NCBI RefSeq assembly: GCF_964355755.1
Contig: NC_092671.1
Span: 6,014,001-6,078,000, forward strand
Length of the DNA stretch: 64,000 nucleotides
Origin: Antedon mediterranea
Lineage: Eukaryota; Animalia; Echinodermata
Direction of reading: 5' to 3'
Part shown: positions 54,064 through 64,000 of the stretch, piece by piece
How the letters are laid out: each line of letters opens with the position of its first letter
Position numbering within the stretch: position 1 is the stretch's first letter
Notes under the pieces: generated by a model
What the model was told of the DNA's origin: nothing
The model's input: the letters and a program-made list of their open reading frames with translations, nothing else
Databases searched by the model: none
Made by a program: the position numbers and the translations under genes

Positions 54064-54207
54064 TCATACTATTCCGTTCATGTGTCGATGTCCAGGACTC
54101 ATTTCTTGGTCATCAGCTTTCTTTCCTTTACTGTGGGGCCGCCTTCTCCCGGCTGGACCTTTAGCCCTTTGATACCCAGTAAGTTGTGGCTTGTACTCCT
54201 TGTTATT
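54064..54207 (-). CDS. Coiled-coil protein last exon (NNKEYKPQLTGYQRAKGPAGRRRPHSK...NGIV-stop)
   Basis: Acceptor TTTTCTAG|AA, 144 nt, TGA at 54066-54064. Confidence 0.8.
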   Translation of the reverse strand, partial: NNKEYKPQLTGYQRAKGPAGRRRPHSKGKKADDQEMSPGHRHMNGIV

Positions 54208-55451
54208 CTAGAAAACGATAAAAATAAGAAAAAAGAAATTAAGTAATAGCGACACTATATTTTACCAATTGTAAGATTCGATAACATTTGCAAAAACAAA
54301 GTTAATATGGCTTTTTTTTTTGCAAATGTTTATCATTTTATGTAGGGCAAATTTTATAAAATCAGAAAATAAACAGAAATACTATCATGATCTTTAGTAT
54401 TTTTTTCGAAAGCCATAACTTTTGACTTGACGAAGAAAGTGATCGGCGCCTACCAAATATAGGGCAATCATAAAATATTATGTGTCAACGTTTTATTTTA
54501 TTTCTTAAGCAAAAATGATAAGATTTTCTTTTGTAGGCTGCAATAACTGTAACTTAGTCAATGCACTGTAACTATAGAAAATTTCATGGTGAACTTTAAC
54601 AAAAATGCTTTTAATATATATACCTTTTTTAAATTATCAAGCAATTTATTTGTGGCATCTTTATTTTTTATTTATTACGACACTGATTTTGTAATTAATT
54701 TCTTATGATATGACATCAAATGATATCAGGAACAAATAAACAATTATTTTCATTTTGACTGGCGGGTGTTTCTATAGCCTTTCATCATAATTGGTTTCTT
54801 TTTTCATTGTTTTTGCTGTTCTTGTTGTATGATTGATTTTTATAAATTAAACTCTCTATATTGGGTTCATAGGTATTTCAAAATAAGGTCTGTGCTGTGT
54901 AGGGGGTAACAATTTAGGTCATTTGTTATCTGTTCTGCAGTAGAGGATCACCATTTAGATACTTCATAATGTGTTGGAATACAGTAGGGGGTAAATATGT
55001 AGGTCATTTACTTGTCTGTTCTGGGTAGAGGCCTACTATTTGGTCATCCTCACTGGAGTATAGTAGGAGAACCTACTTCATTGCTTGCAAGAAACATAAC
55101 ATTTATCTATGATACTGTACATTGTAAATTCTAACAAAAAAAGTCTCCCTCCAAGTTAATGTATACAAAATTCTTTAAAATTAATTTAAACAAAATTTCT
55201 AATCAGATATATAAATATTGTTATTTTGATCAATTTTTTATTTAACTTGTTATTTCTTTCTTCATGCTAGGGACAGGGACAATAGGAATTGTATTGTATA
55301 TAGGAATCATTGACTGCTGGCTGGTAATTATGACCATGCAACCTTAATTTTTAACTGAATATACTTATTTAACTTTTTAACAAATTCAAGTTTCACGAAT
55401 GCTGCATAAAAAAAGTTACATGATATAAAAATATGGAAAAAAAAGTCTTAC

Positions 55452-55737
55452 CTCATCAAAGTATGGAATGTCCCCATGGTGATGAGTACTGGTCCGACTG
55501 TGTGGGTCCAGTTTCCACTGTGACTGCTGCATGAAAGGGGATGAAGCACGACAATGTGGTGAAGATGGTCGCGGCGATGGCGTCCTTCGTTGCGAAATAG
55601 GAAGTTGAGGCAGTGGCTTACTAGGAGTTGGAGAACGTCCTCTTGATGGTGGCGGCACCGGTGAACCACCTTCAACGTACGATAAAGGTTTGCGGCCAGG
55701 TTTAGGAGCAATAGGCGGTGGAGCTTGATGCCTATGT
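55452..55737 (-). CDS. Coiled-coil protein exon I: Pro/Ser/Arg-rich (APPPIAPKP...KPLPQLP...)
   Basis: Acceptor TCTTTCAG|AC and donor GAG|GTAAGA; phase 2-0; GC-rich and coding-like. Confidence 0.85.
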
Positions 55738-56285
55738 CTGAAAGAATTTGATCTTTGATATTGAAAACTCTAATACTCTTTAATATTAGCATTGATGAAG
55801 AAGGTCAAAAAGAGGATATGACAACAATTTTGTATGATTATAAGAAAACAATATAACTGTATCAATTGTGTGAATGGATAGTTGGAACCTATGACTTCCT
55901 TAGTTGCTTATTGAATTGTTCTTTGGTATATCCGGCAATGTGTTTTTTTGTTATACTATAACAAGTTAAGAAAACAAATAATCATTCTCAACAAATTTTA
56001 TATAAAAATAGTTGCAGCTTCTAAAAGTTTTAGGCTCTTTGTGTAGATACCTCCATGGTTATACAGTATGTACTTTGTTGAAGCACAAAAAGTGACAGTT
56101 TGTGGTTTGTGGTAAATAGGCCTAATTAAAGTGTTATGTTATGTTTGAACTGTAAACCACAAAGTGGTCTATTTGTGGCATTTATTGCCCAGGAAAGTTT
56201 ATTATGTTTACTGAAAACATTCAAGAACAACATATTATCTCCAATTCTTGCAGTGAATGTGAATCTAAAACCAATGACATCATAC

Positions 56286-56400
56286 CTGTCATCGTCATGC
56301 ATCTTCTGAGATGATGTAAATTCTCCAGATTTAGTCAGATCTATCCATTGCTCTTCTTCACTAGATGACCAATCACTACCACTTTCAAAACTACTGATCA
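56286..56400 (-). CDS. Coiled-coil protein exon H: acidic/Ser-rich (ISSFESGSDWSSSEEEQW...)
   Basis: Acceptor TAATAG|TG and donor CAG|GTATGA; phase 1-2. Confidence 0.8.
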
Positions 56401-56594
56401 CTATTATGGTTTTGGAAAAAGTGTGATTTAGTTTTTTTTTATATGAATGCTTGTTATGGTCAAATAATATACTTTCATTTCATGTATACATGGGGCCCTT
56501 ATGATACTGGCTTTCGCTTGTAGTGCGGGCCCCAGTTATTATTGTTATAACTGTGTATGAATGAATATAATAATATATGCTTTGTAGTTCTTAC

Positions 56595-57117
56595 CTATAG
56601 ATGGAGTGGTGTGCAAAGGGATTGGTTTCTTTCCAGAGTCTGTAAAAAGAAACTCAATATCCGGTAGATCCAAACTTGAATTCTTCAAATACTTTGCTTT
56701 ACCCTTGTCTTCATGTTCTTGTGACTTTGACAAAAGTTTATCAAGGAACCCTTTGGATTTAACTGGTATTTGTGAACTGTTTTTAGATTTTACATGTTTT
56801 TCTTTCTTCTTGGGTTTCTTTTCTTGTTTCCCCTTCGGTTGGTCTTGCGTACTATTTTCGAACCGGTCAAGTTTTTCTTGTATTTTCTGCGATCTTTCCA
56901 GTTTTCCTTTAGCTTTAACATTCTTCTTCTTCTGGGACATTTGACATGACGAATCTCTGTTAGCGAGAAACGACTTTGATTTTGTTTTTCTTGGAACCAG
57001 AGTGGGTTTTGTTAGCGTGGCTACGTGTGATTTTGATTTAATAAGGTTGGATTTTGTCTGCGCCTTCATGACAGTCTTGAAGCTTGGAGGTGGAACTGAT
57101 GGTACTCGCCGACGTTG
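56595..57117 (-). CDS. Coiled-coil protein exon G: Lys-rich disordered region
   Basis: Acceptor TTATTTCAG|CA and donor TAG|GTAAGA; 523 nt open; overlaps the 174-aa ORF. Confidence 0.85.
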
Positions 57118-57422
57118 CTGAAATAAAAAGTTACATTCTTGAGTTAAAGTTGAGAATAGGTTGGAATCAACTCAAAACGTATTACAAATACCATTCTTAA
57201 CAAAAGACCACTTTTGAACCAGTAATATAGTGGTATTAAAGCCTAATATTGTTAGTCTCAAATTAGCTAGTAATAGGCATATGGAAATTTAGTTAATTAA
57301 TCATGATTATTATGTTCACACTTGATATCTATCTCTAAATTTTTAATACTACAGTAAAACATCATAGAACTTTCTATATAGCTTGGTTTCACACTTATAT
57401 TGAAGAGGACTAGTTAATTTAC

Positions 57423-57516
57423 CAAGTCCATGCTTTTTCTGTCGGGATCTGTGCTAGACTTTCTTGCTGTGGCTTTGTCCGTTCTATGATCTTCACTCTG
57501 AGATAGAAAATCTGGC
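57423..57516 (-). CDS. Coiled-coil protein exon F (PDFLSQSEDH...RKSMDL)
   Basis: Acceptor TTATAG|GC and donor TTG|GTAAAT; phase 2-0. Confidence 0.78.
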
Positions 57517-57864
57517 CTATAACAAATATAAATTGATAATATATTTAATTGTGTGTTATGTTTGATTGATTTATAATTATAAAGTATAATTTAATAATAT
57601 ATTAAAATAGTATAATTTATAGATAGTTTTAAACACTTAAAATAAGAATTTTACATATTTCTAATTTTAAACAAAATTGTATGAATAGAAAATGAGCAAT
57701 GTAAAATTATACTAGAATGAAATTGTTTCAAAAATTGCAAATTAATAATGTTCTGCCCTTTGTAGAGCTTGAAAAATGAAATTACTATTCATTTTGTATT
57801 GTTAATATTCTATAAGAAGATGTGTTATTGATTTATATTTTTTAAATAATTTTTAATGACTTAC

Positions 57865-57937
57865 GCTTTTAATATTCTGTTTGCATTTTTCAATTTCTTA
57901 ATTTCTTCTTCAGCTAGTGCTAATTTACTTTGAAGTT
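57865..57937 (-). CDS. Coiled-coil protein exon E (ELQSKLALAEEEIKKLKNANRILK)
   Basis: Acceptor TTTTTAG|AA and donor AGC|GTAAGT; phase 1-2; clear heptads. Confidence 0.82.
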
Positions 57938-59144
57938 CTAAAAATCAACAAAAACAAAAATTAATAAAAATTTAAAAAATGGTAAATAATAAATAACAAG
58001 TGCCGCCTCCTTTTTTTTAAATTTCGGACGAGAAACATGTATATTTTATTATTTGGCCTAAGATAAAAACAAACACAAATATTTTAGTATTGGAATTGTT
58101 TGATTATTGTTTAAGTCAAGTTCCGTTGTTTTTTTTCAACATTAGTTTTCTTAATGCTTTTCAAATGAGGTTCTTGAAAGAATATTAAAATTGCCTTTTC
58201 ATTGGTGTGAAACAAGGTTATGAAGATTGAATCATAGGATGGTATTATTTATGCATTGATGTTGTACTAGAGAGGGAAGCAAACATGTTTTACTGGAGAT
58301 GCAAATAATAATTATGTTTCTCCTCATCTCATCTGTAACTTCAGGTCAGTGAAAAGCTAGGTTTAGATTATAATATTGCCCACAAATAACAATGATAACA
58401 CTTCGCATTTGATTTAGCACATTATGTCTAAAGCATTAATACGCTGCACATAAACAGGCTAAAAACGCACAAGAAATTACTATACATTGCTGAAATGGGT
58501 TGGGAGAAAAAAAGAACGGGAAATTGAGGTTTTTAATGTTATTATTGGCGTTATTTCAGATATTTTGTTAGTAATGAATTTCCTACTATTATAATTTAAT
58601 AATAATATTTAATTTTTTCACAGGTGGTACCATGGTATGTGAAGTTACAACTCTGCTAAGTATGTCAGATATGTAATTTTTTCATTTTATATATTACAGA
58701 GTCAAATTCACTTAATGTTTTATGCAAGAAAAAATTTAAATAGTATTAACTTTTACCAGATGATTAAAAGCATCATCCACTTGTTGTTTGACGTTGAAAG
58801 GATGCCAACGTTTATATTATTAAACATAAGTATTATAAGGGTAATCCATTTAACCATTACATTTTTAACAAAAGCTTTCAATTTCAATTTCATTTTAACA
58901 TTAATGACAATGAACAAAAATGCATTAGTTGCAGAATGTGAGCAGTTGTTCATAACATAGCTTCATAATGGTCTTGCACAAACCAGACGTCAAAGAAAAT
59001 GATCAACTTGGAACATGACTGTATGAATAGAGATGGCTTCTGACTGGATTTGAACCTGTTCTTTTTTGCTCATAGGACAATTATGAACATTACACCAGAT
59101 ACCTTATATCTGCTACATCTATCCCTGACGGATCTAAATCTTAC

Positions 59145-59224
59145 CTTTTACTTTAGCTTTTGATTTGCTCAACTTAGCATGAGCACTTGTGAGTTCTGCT
59201 TTGTTGTTTTGTTGTCTAGGTTCA
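59145..59224 (-). CDS. Coiled-coil protein exon D (EPRQQNNKAELTSAHAKLSKSKAKVK)
   Basis: Acceptor CCTATAG|TG and donor AAG|GTAAGA; phase 2-1. Confidence 0.78.
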
Positions 59225-59475
59225 CTATAGGATAAATAATAAACAAATGAGATTGATATTGATAAACATTGAGCATTTAAAATCTTTTTAAAAAGACCTT
59301 TATGTACTGATCAAAATAACAACATATAGCCCAATAAAAACCTAATAATTTAGGTCTGTGACAAAAAATGAAACAATTAATTGACAAACTTCTTCATTTT
59401 CGGCTTTACATTATTATTATTATAATATATAAATATATTTTTGCTATTATGAAAATGAATGAAATATATAATTAC

Positions 59476-59522
59476 ATAACACCACCATTGAGCTGTTGGA
59501 CTCTTTCCTCTAACTCTGCAAT
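59476..59522 (-). CDS. Coiled-coil protein exon C (IAELEERVQQLNGGV)
   Basis: Acceptor TTCCACAG|AT and donor TAT|GTAATT; 47 nt, phase 0-2; continues the heptad pattern. Confidence 0.72.
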
Positions 59523-61890
59523 CTGTGGAAAATAAATGACAAAAATCATTCAGAAAAATCAATGTCAACATACTAGTTTATGCAAACAAATACTGTCATT
59601 TGATTGGTTATTCAGGTATATGATGATTTTTAAATATTTCATCAATGATAGTACTTAGCTATAGTACTTTATAAAAAAAACATTTATAAATTAGCCAAAC
59701 AGTACATATAACTAAATCTGCAATAGTGAAATATTGTCCCAAACAATTCTTAAACTTTGAACCAATTGAGTAACAGGTATTTTTTCCCTTCTCTTTATTT
59801 TTACTTTAATATGTTACATTTAAAAATTATTTATTTCAGCACTAGACTTTTTAGGATTTCTCTCTAAACTATTGTATTTACTTTTATTTACTATGATAAA
59901 ATACTATTACATTTTTCACACTTTTGTCTGATTTATTATGAGGATTAAACAATCATCTTATCTTCACTCCAAACTTAATTGCTGTTAAGAAATGGTAAAT
60001 GCCACGACCTGTATTTTCAAAGTGTTTTTGGTTGATTCCATGTTGGTGACGTAAAACAAGTAACCACACTTTCATTTTAATGTTGATCGGTACAAATTGA
60101 AACCATGATGAAAGGTTGATAAAGTTTAATTCTTATTAATTGTGGGTAACTGTTACACAAACAGTAAGTCTATTACGTACAAACTGGCACTTATTCTCAT
60201 TAACTGCAACTTGTGACTTCTCAATGATTTGGGTTTTTATTTCTTTTTCATTTTGTAGTTATTTTGTTGTACTGAACCACTAATACAAATTTGTAGAGTA
60301 CAATCAGATGCTTAAACCCACTACCTAATTTAGGAACAATTTAGACACAAGACAATAATTCCATTGGTAATGTGATCTGAGCATAATCCTACCCCCAAAA
60401 TGTTGTCAAATTTTGTACCTTGGGACTAAACTCAACCATATATTAGTTATTGCATATCAGTACCATAATTTAATAATAAATATATATTTAGTAATCTCTG
60501 TATGGGAGCTTGAAGAAAATAACAACAACTATTTTATCAATTATTAATTCTCAAATGGTTTCAAAAGTAAATCTTTTTAGGAAGTAAAACCTTAGAATAC
60601 ACACGCGTTTGACTATCGCATCAAATCTTGCGGACCAGACCAGTATATCCCACCAACACAACGCAAGGTCACATCACGTACTGGTCTGTACTTAGTTTTG
60701 ACAAAAAAACTGACCTTAATTACAAAATTGTTTTCTTAAAATAATTTTCCTTTAATCTTGATCTAACAGTAGTATTATTTAATTATCCAAATAAATTAAT
60801 ACTTTTTCCCAAATGTAAATATACTATAACTGTCTTTTTTTTCAATATTTCATTTTTCCAAGATACATTTTTCACAAAACATTGGCATCCTAACCTACAG
60901 TAGCTGCAAAAAATGGAAATTAATAGTACCCCATCTAAAACGGTGCAAGCTTTGGACACAAGGTTTAGGAGAGGATGGAGTAACAAATTATTTGGATTAA
61001 ATGATAATTGGATTAGTCTTGTGTCAACATTTTTCGTATAGGATAGCTGATTTATTTTGGTCTTTTTTGTCATATTTGTTAATGAAGTTTTTTATATGTT
61101 ATTATGTTATGAGAGTGACAATTCAAGTATTTACACAGATGTACATTATGCTTTATAATTGTAAAAATCATAAAATATTTTGCTTAATTTATAGATTTTC
61201 CCCTTCCTACTGTGAAATAATCAATGGCATGTGTATATCCGCCTAAATAGATAAGACGAAAACTACAAAAACCCTAGACATTACCACTTCAACGTGACTT
61301 ATGTGTTTTCAAATGCATATCGCTTTGTTCTAATAATAGAAATCCAACTTGCTACAGGAATTGGGTATAATCTTCAATATAAGCCTGGCAATTATTTGAA
61401 GAAGTTATCAGCACCTTGACACTGGTGTAATTATGTTCAATTTTAATGAGAAGAGGATGGTATGGTTTCCTATCATGGATAGCAGTCCACCAATGTTGTT
61501 TCTTTTACCTACAAGTTTCAGGTCAGCGTAAATAAGGTCGAGTATGATATGAATATTCATGATATCTATCAATCTTTCTACATTGGAAAGGTCATTTATA
61601 AAGGATACATTCAATTTAGAATCAATTAATTTACGCTGTATTACTGTTTTGAAACTGCTAGTCTAAAAAGTTAAATTAAAATTTCTCAGTATGTGTTTTA
61701 ACATAGACAACCCCTATTTAAAGAACACCTAACACTTTGTTGGGTGCCAAAGGTGTCCCTAATAAGGGTTCTATCGTTATTCAAATTGGGTTCGTTCATT
61801 ATCATTATCCAGAAATTCCATGTTTAATAATCCATAAGCAATTAAAACGTTTGGAAATTGTGGATTCGTCTAAAGTATTTGTTATCTTAC

Positions 61891-61980
61891 TCTTAATCTT
61901 GATGCCTCTGTTCCCTCACAGAGCAACTCGTTCTTTGCCTTGACGCAGTTTGACGTGCTCATAACCCTTTTTAATTCACC
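61891..61980 (-). CDS. Coiled-coil protein exon B (GELKRV...EASRLR)
   Basis: Acceptor CCTTTTCAG|GG and donor AGA|GTAAGA; 90 nt, phase 0-0. Confidence 0.8.
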
Positions 61981-62700
61981 CTGAAAAGGAAAATGAAATT
62001 TTTTTAATTGATAAAATTGAATACTTTTTTTACTAATGTATCTTGTATGTATAGGAACTAAAATTGGAAAAAGTTTTGATAAGGTCATTTCCACTAAAAA
62101 AGTTATCTTTTTGAGTTTTAATAATTAAAAAAAATGTTTACATTGCTTAAAATATTTTTTCTGTAAGAATAATTCTTGACATGATGATTTTGATATATAA
62201 ATATTCTAATTAAACAAACAATTCCCTACAGTCTTTCCAATGGAAGACGGATGTTAACAAATATCCTTTAGTACTTTTGATGATACATGCCTATGATGTG
62301 GTGATTGGTACCTCTTCATTTTCCGATATCCTTGCAAAAAAAGTTTTTAAGTGGAAACCCCCATAAAATGTAAGAACAGCTATTTGATGGGAAGTTGATA
62401 TGACTAATTAAATTATTATCTAATTATGTTAAACAGCTGTATTAATCTGTATTATGTTATGTATTAGAATCAAATAATCGCTTAATCATTTACAAATATT
62501 TAAGTTTTTAAAATAAAGAGATGTTTGAATAAATTAATTATTATTAACAAGATCTGTATCAAATATGGCAGTCATTCGTTGGTAGATACAAACAAATTGA
62601 AAAACGAGGATCTGTATGTCTTCGAAAATTGTCATTTTAATCAATTGTGTGGTCTCAGAGCCTTCCTTTTGAAAACACTGCAATGGCATGCCTTTTTTAC

Positions 62701-63069
62701 CTGCAAGTTTGATAAGTCAGCCTCAATCTTTATAACATGTGTCTTCTCAAGAAATAACTGCTGTCTAAAATCAGCTGATTCTGTTTCCGCAATATTTGCC
62801 AATTGTTCTGCGTTGATACGCACGCCACGTTCTTGATCGACCTGCATCAACAACTTATCAATCTCCTCTTTCTGTCTTTGCCCAATCCCGAGTAGATTAT
62901 GACATTTCTGGCAATCCATACAAGCTCGGTCGGTTTGTGTTTCAACGTCACTTTTTGCTTGCGTGTAGAAGTTACTCCGTCCACATTGAATTTCTCTCGT
63001 TGCTCCATTATGATTTAGAATTAATCTCTTCTTGTTAAAGAACAGCGTTGAAAGCTTACTATTTGACAT
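62701..63069 (-). CDS. Coiled-coil protein exon A (MSNSKL...IEADLSNLQ)
   Basis: Polypyrimidine acceptor TTCATTAG|ATG and donor CAG|GTAAAA; 369 nt with a heptad-like C-terminal half. Because an acceptor precedes the ATG, an upstream exon should exist. Confidence 0.85.
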
Positions 63070-64000
63070 CTAATGAAGAAAAAAAGAAAGGGAAATTATT
63101 GTTTAATTAACAATACATTATTACAATCAATTCTATTTATCTATGATGATAAATCTATATTATTCATCAGATATTTCAACTATTAAAGCAATTTTTTGTT
63201 GATTAAATTCAGATATTTCTGGCAGAAAATCAACAAATAAAAATTAATAATGATTTCACATTGGAATGAAAGGAAATGAAAAAGACATAAAATGACTATA
63301 CTAGGAAAAATACCAAGAAAGTCAAGATCGTTGCATCCCCAAAGACTTGGACTTAGGTACCAATGTACTTTAGGGTCAGGGTAAAGTTAAGCTGGAAATG
63401 GTACAAGTGAATACAATTGGCAACTGTAAAGTATGGACACCATGTAAAGAAACTGCGTAATTGATAAAGAGGAGGAAACATATGCAGGGCTGCTGTTACA
63501 AAAGTGGTGGCATGGTGGTCGAAAAAAAGAAGAAGAAGAGAATAATCCCCTGTGCGGGTCACAGAGTTGTCAAAGGCCTCTGTCAAAAATAGGTCAGGTT
63601 GAAACCTTACCAACCCGTAGTAAGGCCTTAAAATGTTGTTTTATACTATTTTCAAGTATAAATATTTAATAATATAAGTTACAAAAGGAATAATAATTGA
63701 TGATACCAAATTAAAAAATTTGTCACTAACAAAAATCTATAAAAAAAGAACATCTGTTTTTGAAATTCACAATTTTATTCGTCATCAATTTCAAAATGTA
63801 CAAATTTCATGTGCTTCAAATGTGTGTGGACAAACATGACACATACTGGAAATCTCACCAATTATAAAAGTCAGGAATAATGATGTGAACCTACATTTCA
63901 CTGTCGTTGCTGGCTTAGATGCACTTACTGTATCCAGGTGTTTGACTGACTGAGTGTTTTCTTTTAGATAGCAATCTTTATGTTTAGTCATGTGGGATAA

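Larger units (their letters stand above)
54064..63069 (-). other. Spliced gene: uncharacterised coiled-coil / Lys-rich / Pro-rich protein, ~606 aa, 10 coding exons (may extend further 5')
   Basis: Exons 63069-62701, 61980-61891, 59522-59476, 59224-59145, 57937-57865, 57516-57423, 57117-56595, 56400-56286, 55737-55452 and 54207-54064 join into a 1821-nt open frame. Introns are GT-AG with phases 0,0,2,1,2,0,1,2,0. Confidence 0.82.

Noticed and set aside
56606-56944. 112-aa plus-strand hydrophobic ORF (likewise 62525-62836 and 48714-49001)
   Set aside because: These are antisense shadows of real exons on the opposite strand.
63611-63626. Possible 16-nt upstream exon of the minus-strand gene (TTAAG|...TTG|GTAAGG)
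   Set aside because: The donor is good, but the acceptor and exon extent are unsupported without transcript data.

Overview
AT-rich, intron-rich animal genomic DNA, probably from an invertebrate. An echinoderm or other ambulacrarian is plausible but cannot be proven from this window. It holds two convergent spliced genes that the ORF track shows only in fragments. (1) On the + strand is an NR1H-subfamily nuclear receptor (EcR/LXR/FXR-like). I assembled it by hand as 2965-3004, 41782-42060, 42928-43068, 43609-43826, 46431-46637, 46837-47062, 48585-48826 (1353 nt, 450 aa, all GT-AG and phase-consistent). It has a 38.8-kb first intron, a candidate alternative first exon (29681-29711) behind a composite IR1/DR4 element, a candidate 51-nt Rbfox-type cassette exon (45150-45200), and a ~1.3-kb minisatellite built from its own exon end plus splice donor. 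(2) On the - strand is a 10-exon gene (63069 to 54064, ~606 aa) of unknown identity, with coiled coils, Lys- and Pro-rich regions, LC8-like TQT motifs and a C-terminal CPI-like motif. The non-coding DNA carries several MITE families (Kolobok-like, pogo-like, hAT-like, Harbinger-like), SINE/LINE 3' remnants and minisatellites. It also has two 27-bp palindromes with 7-bp target-site duplications (TSDs) that look like P-element-type excision footprints. All gene models and motif calls were read by eye; no database search was run.
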